The notes beneath the pieces are model-generated. The model was not told where the DNA came from, made no database searches, and worked only from the letters and a program-made list of their open reading frames with translations. DNA of 64,000 nt from the IMG/VR virus record IMGVR_UViG_3300037583_000003, positions 29,183-93,182 of that record. The stretch is one strand, 5' to 3'. Within the stretch, counting starts at the first letter, position 1, and each line of letters opens with the position of its first letter. A program made the translations under genes and the position numbers. This document shows positions 19,713-28,481 of the stretch, in pieces. This stretch comes from a virus.

Positions 19713-22700
19713 ATGAAACCTAAATACCTTAACCCTACAACATCAGACCCTCATTCACCTTGGGACTTACTACCTGCTCCTAACCCAAAGGACTCAACCT
19801 ATCCAGATGACTTCTTCTACAAACAAGTAGCTAAGCACCTACTTAAGGACACTGTACGTATGATGGACAATGGTCTACATATAGACATGGACAAGGTTGA
19901 GGCACTAGAGGAAACCTTAATCGAGGTACTAGCTTCAGTATCTACTAGATTAGAAGATAACAAGACCATTCGTAATTTCCTTGTACTTCGTCATGCAGAT
20001 CTAAAACTAGACTACGTAGCTGACAGAAAAACTAAACTAAGAGAACCTAGCTACTACACTAAAGAGTTTAAACACAAGGATATGGTACACCGTAGCTACT
20101 TTATGAGAGAGTTCCTATTAAGAACTAGTATAGACCCTCCAGAAGAACTACTACCTACTGGTATACCTAAGTGGTCAGCTAACGAGGTAAAGAAACTCCA
20201 AGGAAAATACCCAATACTACAGAAGCTACTACTTGGAACATTACCCCTAACAAACGTTGACGTTATAACAGCTATGTCCAGGTTAGACAAAGATAAGTCT
20301 GACATGTACAACGTAAAGTACCTAGAGCAGATCAAACAGTTACCTGTAGAATTCCCTAAGTTCAATCCAGGTAGCACACTTCAACTACAAAAACTATTTA
20401 ACTACCTAGGCATTGAGTCAGAGTCATTCTCCAAGAAGACTGGTTTAGCTAGTTGGGACAGAAAGCAAGTTGAGCGAGTTAACAAACTAACCAACAAACC
20501 AGATGTAACTAACTTCACTCAAGCCTTCATAGATCACTCATATGCAGCCATAGTTAAGAATAACTTCATAGAGGGATTCTACAACTACAGCATAGACGGT
20601 AGATTGTACGGGACTGTAAAACTCCTAGGAGCTAAGTCAGGTAGACCTACATCAGCTAACCCTAACATGTTGAATTTCCCTTCATCAGGATCTATATTCT
20701 CCAAACCTATAAAGGAGTGTTTCACAGCACCACATGGTTTTGTTATAGGAGCTATAGATTACGCCGCCCTTAATATATCGGGGGTCTTACCTAGTAACAG
20801 GTGAGTAATAATGGAATTTAATTGCTGGAACGCTAAGGGGAAACCTAAGCCAATCAGCAGCGAAAGATAGTTAATTTAATAGTCCCGTAATCGTACTTAG
20901 ACTATACTTTAATCAATAAAGGAGACTGTATGAAAATGTACAATTACGCTTACATAGAATGTAAGGATTACATGAAAATAGTTATCACAAAGTTAGACGA
21001 CGACTCTTTCTACAAAGAGGGTTACTGTGATAACGACGTAAAACCACAAGTAAAAGCTACTGGTGTAAGATACGCAAATACTGGGTACTTATACCTGGCA
21101 CGAAAAATTAACTGGACGCGTTCAGAGACTATCTACGCACGTAGAGTAGGCTTCAAGTGAAGTCGAAACAGTTCCTACCCTATCCTACACGGAGGGTAAA
21201 GATATAGTCCGATACCACAATAAATTGTGGAGTAGTCTAACGAACTACATAACATATAAGCGAAGATCGTGTAATAGCTAACCTATCTGGTGACAAAAAC
21301 AAACTTGGTATATTCACTCAAGGGCTAGATGGTCATTCACTAGCTGCCTGTTACTATGTACCAGACAGAGTAGCCGTTATTCTAGGTATTACAACCAAAG
21401 AACTACTAGATGACATAACTAAGGCATCTAGATTACTAAAGAAGCTTGTAGACGACAAAGTACCTGCTGCTGTAAAAATCAGAGGGTTCTTTAAAGCAAC
21501 AAGCTTCGCATTAGCGTAGACGTACATGCGCCTTTATGGAGTAATCCATATCGAACAACTATATAAATGCTGGGACTTCCAGTTAAACTAACCTATAACC
21601 TATTACAGGCCATGAACAAGCGGTTAGTTATGGAAAATCAGCAGGTTAAACTTTTATATTTATCTAAGTAAGCAACCTGGTACACTATAACAAACAAAGG
21701 AATCTTATATGATAAAGGTAATAGAAAATTTCCCGAACTACACAATAAGCACAGAGGGTAGTGTAACAATGACAGTATCAAACGTAACTAAGAAGCTCTG
21801 GGTTGGTGCTAATGGCTACTTGCACGTAGACCTAAGTTCTAATGGTTTTACTAAGAAAGTTTCACTCCATAGACTACTAGCAAAACACTTCTTACCAAAT
21901 TCTGGTAACAAACGTACTGTAAACCACATAGATGGTAATAAGTTAAATAACAGCTTGTGTAACTTAGAGTGGTCTACTGACTCAGAAAACCTAAAGCACG
22001 CTTACGACACAGGTTTAAGATCTTGTCAGGCTACTTACACGAATTGCCAACTAGAGGACATACTCACTAACATGTACCTTAAAGGTATAACCTTAGTAGA
22101 CATTTCTTTCTACGTTGGTCTAAAGTGTTCAGCACTTAGTGTGTCACTTCGTAAAGCAGCTGCAAGACTTGGTCTAACAGAGGAATACAAAAGTTCCTCT
22201 GCCGACAATATAAAGGCTAGGCATAAACTTGTAGGCGTACTCAACACCAAAACCATCAGGTTACAGATGATAAATGAGCCTACTGGTGACGTGGTAAGAA
22301 CGTTTAGATCTCTTAAAGAGGCTAAAGATTTTCTTGGTGTTAGCTCATCAGGTCCTATAAGTAATGTACTTTCAGGTAGGCAGAAAAGAGCTTACAAGTA
22401 TTTGTGGAAAAAGGTTTAACCCCAACGACTATCCCGTAAGGGAGTACACTCAAGTGAGTGGAAACGTATAGTACCCTGAAAAGGGTAATGATATAGTCTA
22501 CTCTGTTTAGAGATAAGCAGAAGTTCATAAGCGAACTGGTACTACTTAACGACTAGTATTGAATACAACGATGGCTCATTCCCACCAAACATAGCAGCTA
22601 CAGCAGGTATACCACTTGCGGATGCAGAGAGAATTTTCAATGCTTACCACAACGACATGTATCCTGGCATTACTCGCTACAGGGAAGAGTATGTGCTACC

Positions 22701-23118
22701 AACTGCCATAGAACACGGCAAACTTCATCTAGCACTAGGATTCTCTATATGGACTGACAACCCCTCTAAAGACATCCGAACACTAGCTAACGCAACCTGT
22801 CAGGTATGGTCAATACTTACACAGATTGCAATCAACAAAATACACCAACTAATCGACCAAGCTGGTTACCAAGATGACATCAAAGTAACCTCTACCATCT
22901 ACGACTCTATCTACTTTGAGATAAGAGATGACCCTAAGATCATACAATGGCTTAACAACCGTATAGTACCAATCTTAGAGAAAGACTTTATGGAAGACCA
23001 GGTAGTACCTAACAGTGCTGACCTAGAGCTAGGTTCTGATTGGGCTACTCTCCACACGTTAACGCACAACGCTAGCATTAGAGAGATTACAGGTGTACTT
23101 AATAAACTAGAAAGGTAA
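19713..23118 (+). CDS. family A DNA polymerase, polymerase domain; exons 19713-20770, 21261-21517, 22571-23118 (620 aa spliced)
   Basis: Joined exons give 1863 nt in frame and restore motif A (IDYAAL/EDR) and motif B (RGFFKATSFALAY/G); also SGRPTSANPNMLNFP and motif C IYDSIYFE. Confidence 0.93.
20771..21260 (+). mobile_element. group I intron 1 in DNA polymerase motif A (490 nt)
   Basis: Exon ends in T, intron ends in G; P1 GCCCT/GGGGT; core AATTGCTGGAA, AATCAGCAG, GTTCAGAGACTA, AAGATATAGTCC; removal restores the frame. Confidence 0.93.
20930..21160 (+). pseudogene. probable remnant of an intron-encoded homing endonuclease
   Basis: 76-aa ORF with AAGGAG RBS in the same intron loop that holds the HNH gene in intron 2; no nuclease motif; runs into the ribozyme core. 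Confidence 0.5.
21518..22570 (+). mobile_element. group I intron 2 in DNA polymerase motif B (1053 nt)
   Basis: Splits the Tyr codon T/AT; P1 GCGT/GCGC, P10 CAT/ATG; core AAATGCTGGGA, AATCAGCAG, CAACGACTA, ATGATATAGTCTA; terminal G. Confidence 0.93.
21709..22419 (+). CDS. intron-encoded HNH homing endonuclease (NUMOD4-HNH-NUMOD1, I-HmuI-like architecture)
   Basis: YTISTEG; HRLLAKHF...VNHIDGNKLNNSLCNLEW...EN; C-terminal FRSLKEAKDFL...ISNVL...YKYLWK. Confidence 0.92.
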   Translation: MIKVIENFPNYTISTEGSVTMTVSNVTKKLWVGANGYLHVDLSSNGFTKKVSLHRLLAKHFLPNSGNKRTVNHIDGNKLNNSLCNLEWSTDSENLKHAYDTGLRSCQATYTNCQLEDILTNMYLKGITLVDISFYVGLKCSALSVSLRKAAARLGLTEEYKSSSADNIKARHKLVGVLNTKTIRLQMINEPTGDVVRTFRSLKEAKDFLGVSSSGPISNVLSGRQKRAYKYLWKKV

Positions 23119-23122
23119 AACT

Positions 23123-23362
23123 ATGGCAAGACTTACAACTAAGCAACTAGCAGATGCACTAGTAAACAATGGCTCATTTCCAACCAGAGCAGCAGCTCGT
23201 TACGCATTAGACGAAGTAAATCAAGCAATCATCGAAACTTTAGAGAATGGCTCTGCTGTATCTATTGTAGGCTTCGGTAGATTTGAACCATTCACTCTAC
23301 ACAGTGGAAAAATCAAAGCTAAGTTTACTGCTTTTAAAGCATTCAAAGACGCTATCAACTAA
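23123..23362 (+). CDS. HU/IHF-like DNA-binding protein
   Basis: LTTKQLADAL...VSIVGFGRF...KFTAFKAFKDAIN with a shortened arm. Confidence 0.85.
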   Translation: MARLTTKQLADALVNNGSFPTRAAARYALDEVNQAIIETLENGSAVSIVGFGRFEPFTLHSGKIKAKFTAFKAFKDAIN

Positions 23363-23371
23363 GGGTTACCT

Positions 23372-23743
23372 ATGGAAGAACCACAACCACTCCCACAAGA
23401 TTCAGTAAAAGAAACTCTAGATCAACGTGGGAAAAGGTATGGGTCATTCGAGAAGCAAGCTGAGTTATCTCAAGCACTATCTCAGACAATGATCCGTCAC
23501 TATTTCAATAACCACCAACAACCAACTACGCCCTTACCACCCTTCATAGTCGAAGCAATCAACAACATCTGCCACAAGCTAGCTCGTATAGCTAATGGTG
23601 ACCCACTCTACGTAGATTCATGGAGAGATATTGCAGGTTACTCATCGTTAGTAGCTGAGATCTTAAAGACTACAGAGGGTGCTACAGACGCTAAGGTTAC
23701 CAACACTAAGTTCACAGACGGTAAGTGGACTGATACTACCTAA
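23372..23743 (+). CDS. DUF6378-like all-alpha protein (nucleotide-metabolism associated)
   Basis: TLDQRGKRYG...KLARIANGDP...DSWRDIAGY. Confidence 0.7.
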   Translation: MEEPQPLPQDSVKETLDQRGKRYGSFEKQAELSQALSQTMIRHYFNNHQQPTTPLPPFIVEAINNICHKLARIANGDPLYVDSWRDIAGYSSLVAEILKTTEGATDAKVTNTKFTDGKWTDTT

Positions 23744-23759
23744 ATACAAGGACTACCTA

Positions 23760-24362
23760 ATGTCAGATCTACAATTTGAGTTACCAAAAGAACCAACACG
23801 GGTATGGGACTTGTATGTACCTGTAGTTGTGAGAGGTAAGTTCACTACTGGACTTAACTACTGTCCTGATAGGAAGTACGTGAACATCTACATTACAGAT
23901 ACCATCGTAGAACCCCACCTGTACAATGAACTCCAGTACACTCTATCTCAGTGTAACGAAGGTGATGATGTAAAAATGCACATAAACACCCCTGGTGGTG
24001 ACCTAGATACTACAATAGCCGTTATGGACTCTATGAAAAAGTGTAAGGCTAACATAACTGGTTACATCACTGGTACAGTTGGTTCAGCTGGAACTATGAT
24101 AGCTATGTGTTGTACCTCAATAGAAGTATCAGATCACTCTAGTTTTATGGTACACACCTATAGCACGATTATCCAAGGTAAGGGTAATGAGGTCAAAGCA
24201 CAACAAGACTTCTCTGACGTAGCAACTGATCGCCTAATAAGAGATGTATACAAGGACTTTATGACACCAGAAGAACTAACCCTCTTAATCGAAGGTAAGG
24301 ATTACTGGTTCAATAAAGAACAACTACTTACTAGGTGGGAGAATAAAACTAATGTCAACTAA
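23760..24362 (+). CDS. clpP: ClpP-like serine protease
   Basis: INTPGG, GSAG (Ser), FMVH (His), KDYWF (Asp); ATG 23760 after AAGGA. Confidence 0.8.
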   Translation: MSDLQFELPKEPTRVWDLYVPVVVRGKFTTGLNYCPDRKYVNIYITDTIVEPHLYNELQYTLSQCNEGDDVKMHINTPGGDLDTTIAVMDSMKKCKANITGYITGTVGSAGTMIAMCCTSIEVSDHSSFMVHTYSTIIQGKGNEVKAQQDFSDVATDRLIRDVYKDFMTPEELTLLIEGKDYWFNKEQLLTRWENKTNVN

Positions 24363-24750
24363 CATAGACAAGTTTATATGCCAACACCAGCTAGATACAG
24401 ACCAACTAAAGGCAATAGCTCTAGGCAGGTACTTAGAACTAGAACCTGAAGTGTTATTACTAAGTGAAGAGTTTACTACAAACGGTAACGAGTTCCACTA
24501 TGGTACTCAAACCTATCTCGTACTACTTGAACATGAGCTGTTTGAAGTACTAGAGAAAAGGCTAGATAGTTGCATTGATGATATTATGTTACACGACATA
24601 CCTAAAGGGTTACACGACTACTTTGATGAAGAGAAGTGGAAGTCAACCGCTAAACTAAAAGGAGCTGGTCATTTTATAGCCAACTACGATGGTGAGGAAC
24701 ATAAGTACTACTCTGGCTATCAAGAGTTTCTAATATACAGAATTAACTAA
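24352..24750 (+). CDS. acidic phage protein with an ArdA-C-terminus-like motif
   Basis: DIPKGLHDYFDEEKW...GHFIANYDGEE. Confidence 0.45.
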   Translation: MSTNIDKFICQHQLDTDQLKAIALGRYLELEPEVLLLSEEFTTNGNEFHYGTQTYLVLLEHELFEVLEKRLDSCIDDIMLHDIPKGLHDYFDEEKWKSTAKLKGAGHFIANYDGEEHKYYSGYQEFLIYRIN

Positions 24751-24767
24751 CAATAAAGGATTTACAA

Positions 24768-24992
24768 ATGGAAAATAATAAAGAACTACCAGAAATGGAT
24801 GACCTATTCGGAGCACTTAAAGGAATGATGGGTAAATCAGAAGAAACAGCAAGTTCAAAGGAACGTGGAGAACTTATCGACTCTATTACACACAAAGTCT
24901 TAACATCACTAGAAGACTTACCTGTATCAGATCTAGCCTCTCACTACGTGCTAGTTAAGGTACTCGCACAACTCAACAAAGGAGTCCGTTAG
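24768..24992 (+). CDS. hypothetical protein
   Basis: 74 aa; AAGGA RBS. Confidence 0.65.
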   Translation: MENNKELPEMDDLFGALKGMMGKSEETASSKERGELIDSITHKVLTSLEDLPVSDLASHYVLVKVLAQLNKGVR

Positions 24993-25435
24993 TGCAAAAC
25001 CCAATCAAACAGATTCACAAGTTCAATCTTGATGCTGGACTCATCACTAAAGGTTACGATGACTTCTTAGAATCTAGCTTCCAAATTGAGGAAGCATTAG
25101 AGGATTTTAACCTAGCTGAACTAGCTCACGCAGTTGGTTCAGAGTCTACATCAGCTAAGGACGTATCAAGAGCTATCTTAGACCTAGCTCCTGGTGAGTT
25201 AACTGATGTACAGCGTCTAGACAAGGCTTGTGATGCATTAATCTTCTCAGTAGGCTCTATGGCAAAGTTAGGACTAAACCCTAACCAAATCACTAAAGCT
25301 GTTAACCTAGTTATGCAGGCTAATAACCAAAAACTAGTAAACAAAAAATTTGACTCTCTAGGTAAACTAATCAAAGATCCGTCTTTCATTGGTCCTGAAG
25401 CCAAACTACAACTAATCTTAGACGAGAGAACTTGA
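24992..25435 (+). CDS. MazG-like NTP pyrophosphohydrolase
   Basis: IEEALE...LDKACD...VMQANNQK...GKLIKDPSFIGPE. Confidence 0.75.
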   Translation: MQNPIKQIHKFNLDAGLITKGYDDFLESSFQIEEALEDFNLAELAHAVGSESTSAKDVSRAILDLAPGELTDVQRLDKACDALIFSVGSMAKLGLNPNQITKAVNLVMQANNQKLVNKKFDSLGKLIKDPSFIGPEAKLQLILDERT

Positions 25436-25436
25436 C

Positions 25437-25682
25437 ATGGATCTAATCCCATTCATCATAGTGGGGTTGGCTGTTGCATTCAACTTCTGGATAATCAAGG
25501 TTAAGTTTGAGCGTAAGAGATACTTAGATGCACTACTAGATCTATTTGTCCTTACCTTTATATCATTTCTATTTGCAGGATCATTTGGTGGTCTAATAGT
25601 AGCTACTGTAGCATCAGCTATCATAAGTGTACTACTCTACATTTTCCCACCAAAACTACCTAAACTTAGTGACTACATCTAG
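25437..25682 (+). CDS. small membrane protein
   Basis: 81 aa with about three hydrophobic segments. Confidence 0.7.
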   Translation: MDLIPFIIVGLAVAFNFWIIKVKFERKRYLDALLDLFVLTFISFLFAGSFGGLIVATVASAIISVLLYIFPPKLPKLSDYI

Positions 25683-25759
25683 GTAATCTTACCCTTGATA
25701 ATACAATTACAAACCTATACAGTAGTTGACCCTAAAAAACTTAACTACTAGAGGAACAC

Positions 25760-28444
25760 ATGACTAAACACATCCAAGTAACCAAACGAGATGGTAATAC
25801 AGAACCACTAGACCTAGACAAAATCCACAGAGTTATATCTTGGGCTGTAAAAGGACTAGAGGGAGTATCTGTATCAACAATAGAGCTACAGTCACGTATC
25901 CAGTTCTACGATGGCATAACGACTTCAGATATCCACGAAACAATCATAAAGTCTGCTGCTGATCTCATATCTACGGAATCACCAGATTACCAGTACGTAG
26001 CTGCTAGGTTAGCTATGTACCACTTACGTAAACGAGCATTTGGCAGTTTTACTCCTCCATCATTAGAATTACACATAAACACCTTAGTAAAGTCTAACCA
26101 CTACGACAAGCACATACTTGAGGACTACTCTAGTGCAGAGCTATCAGAGTTAGAGGACTCTATTAACCATGCACGTGACTTCACCTTCAGTTACGCTGGA
26201 GTTAAACAACTTGAGGGCAAGTACCTCCTACAGAACAGGGTAACAGGTCAAATATATGAGTCTCCACAGTTCATCTACATGCTAGTTTCCCTGTGCTTAT
26301 TCGCTAGCTACCCTAGAGAAACTAGACTACAGTATGTAAAGGATTTCTATGAAGCAACATCTACATTCAAACTATCTTTACCTACACCAATACTAGGTGG
26401 AGTCAGAACACCATCTAGGCAGTTCAGCTCTTGTGTACTCTTAGACACTGATGACTCACTTGACTCTATCAACTCGGTATCATCAGCCATAGTTAACTAT
26501 ATCTCCCAACGTGCAGGTATAGGCGTAAACGTAGGACGTATTCGTGCTTTAGGTAGTGAGATACGTGGAGGTGAAGCTAAACATACAGGATTAATTCCCT
26601 TCATCAAACTATTTCAAGCCTCAGTAAAATCTTGCTCTCAAGGTGCTATTAGAGGTGGAGCTGCTACCTTATTCTATCCGCTATGGCACTTAGAGGTTGA
26701 GTCACTTCTAGTACTTAAGAACAACCGTGGTGTAGAAGAGAACCGAGTTAGACACCTAGACTACGGTGTACAAATCAACAAGCTTATGTACCAACGTATG
26801 ATTGAGGGTGGGACTATTACCCTATTTAGTCCATCTGATGTACCTAACCTATATGACTCCTTCTTCTCAGACCAAGACGAGTTCGAGAGACTATACAAGA
26901 TCTACGAATCTGATCCTAGTATCCGTAAAAAGTCTATACCAGCAATTGATCTATTTGTGCAACTAGCACAGGAACGAGCACAGACTGGACGTATCTACAT
27001 ACAGAACGTAGACCATTGCAACACCCATAGCCCATTTGACCCAAATGTAGCACCTATCAGACAATCAAATTTATGTGTTGCTCCAGAAACCCAAGTACTA
27101 ACTACTAACGGTTACATACCTATAGCTGAGTTAGATGGTACAAAAGTACAAGTATGGAATGGTATAGAATGGTCTAGTGTACACGTACATAAGACAGGAA
27201 CTAACCAAAAGTTACTTAAAGTTACTACCTCTAGTGGGCAGACTTTAGAGTGTACTGAGTACCATAAGTGGTACATATATGACGAGTACTCTGGCTTACT
27301 GAAAGTTAAGCGAACGGTTAACCTAGAAGCTGGTGATAAACTAATCAAGGCTAGTCTACCATCAGGGGAGCTAGTACCTGAAGAGTTCAATAAAGTCATC
27401 AGTGTCACAGACGAAGGTAGAACAGATGACACCTATTGTTTTACTGAGCCTAAACGAGGTATGGGTATGTTTAACGGCATACTAACTGGTAACTGTTTAG
27501 AAATAGCTTTACCAACTACTCCACTGGGTCGAACTGAATACGAAGGTGAGATTGCTTTATGTACACTATCTGCTTTCAACCTAGGAGCTATAGATTCTCT
27601 AGATGAACTAGAACACCTATCTAACCTAATCGTTAGAGCTTTAGATAACCTATTAGACTACCAGAACTACCCTGTATCAGCTGCTGTAAAGTCTGGACAA
27701 GGACGTAGACCTCTTGGTGTTGGTGTAACTAACCTAGCCTATTACCTAGCTAAGAACGGTGTTTACTACTCTAACGGTTCAGCTAACAACCTAGTCCATA
27801 GAACCTTTGAGGCAGTACAGTTCTACCTTTTAAGGGCATCTAACAAACTAGCTCGTGAAACAGAACCTTGTGAGTACTTTCATGAGACTACTTATGCTAC
27901 TGGTGTGCTACCTATCGACACTTACAAGTCTGATGTAGACACCGTATGTAATCAACCACTTCTACTAGACTGGGAGAGTTTACGCTCTGACATAACGGAG
28001 CATGGTTTACGTAACAGTACACTAAGTTCACTAATGCCCTGTGAAAGTAGTTCGATCTTGTCTAACTCCACTAACGGTATAGAACCTCCTAGAGGCTACG
28101 TATCTGTGAAGTCTAGTAAGGATGGTGTCCTAAAACAAGTAGTCCCAGAATACCTCAAACTAAAGCAAAACTATGAGCTTCTATGGGACATACCAAACAA
28201 CACTGGATACCTAGAGTTAGTAGCTATTATGCAAAAGTTTGTAGATCAAGCTATCTCAGCTAACACTAACTATGACCCTACTAAGTTTATAGACTCTAAA
28301 GTACCAATTAAGCAAGTACTTCAAGACATCCTATACAGCTACAAGCTAGGTCTTAAGACACTCTACTACCACAATACTAGAGATGGTGCTTCAGACCAAG
28401 CAGAAGTAGATGACGGATGTGCTAGTGGTGCATGTAAACTTTAA
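25760..28444 (+). CDS. nrdA: class Ia ribonucleotide reductase alpha subunit, intein-containing
   Basis: ATP cone VTKRDG, QFSSC, CSQGAIRGG, SNL-[intein]-CLEI, KTLYY, C-terminal CASGAC. Confidence 0.97.
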   Translation: MTKHIQVTKRDGNTEPLDLDKIHRVISWAVKGLEGVSVSTIELQSRIQFYDGITTSDIHETIIKSAADLISTESPDYQYVAARLAMYHLRKRAFGSFTPPSLELHINTLVKSNHYDKHILEDYSSAELSELEDSINHARDFTFSYAGVKQLEGKYLLQNRVTGQIYESPQFIYMLVSLCLFASYPRETRLQYVKDFYEATSTFKLSLPTPILGGVRTPSRQFSSCVLLDTDDSLDSINSVSSAIVNYISQRAGIGVNVGRIRALGSEIRGGEAKHTGLIPFIKLFQASVKSCSQGAIRGGAATLFYPLWHLEVESLLVLKNNRGVEENRVRHLDYGVQINKLMYQRMIEGGTITLFSPSDVPNLYDSFFSDQDEFERLYKIYESDPSIRKKSIPAIDLFVQLAQERAQTGRIYIQNVDHCNTHSPFDPNVAPIRQSNLCVAPETQVLTTNGYIPIAELDGTKVQVWNGIEWSSVHVHKTGTNQKLLKVTTSSGQTLECTEYHKWYIYDEYSGLLKVKRTVNLEAGDKLIKASLPSGELVPEEFNKVISVTDEGRTDDTYCFTEPKRGMGMFNGILTGNCLEIALPTTPLGRTEYEGEIALCTLSAFNLGAIDSLDELEHLSNLIVRALDNLLDYQNYPVSAAVKSGQGRRPLGVGVTNLAYYLAKNGVYYSNGSANNLVHRTFEAVQFYLLRASNKLARETEPCEYFHETTYATGVLPIDTYKSDVDTVCNQPLLLDWESLRSDITEHGLRNSTLSSLMPCESSSILSNSTNGIEPPRGYVSVKSSKDGVLKQVVPEYLKLKQNYELLWDIPNNTGYLELVAIMQKFVDQAISANTNYDPTKFIDSKVPIKQVLQDILYSYKLGLKTLYYHNTRDGASDQAEVDDGCASGACKL
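27074..27493 (+). mobile_element. mini-intein in NrdA (140 aa)
   Basis: CVAPETQVLT...LECTEYHKW...TYCF...FNGILTGN followed by +1 Cys; no endonuclease domain. Confidence 0.93.
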
Positions 28445-28481
28445 CTAACCCGTGGGCTAATAACCCACACAGGAGTAACAA

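Noticed and set aside
22657-23118. Stand-alone 153-aa gene
   Set aside because: It is the distal part of polymerase exon 3, which begins at 22571
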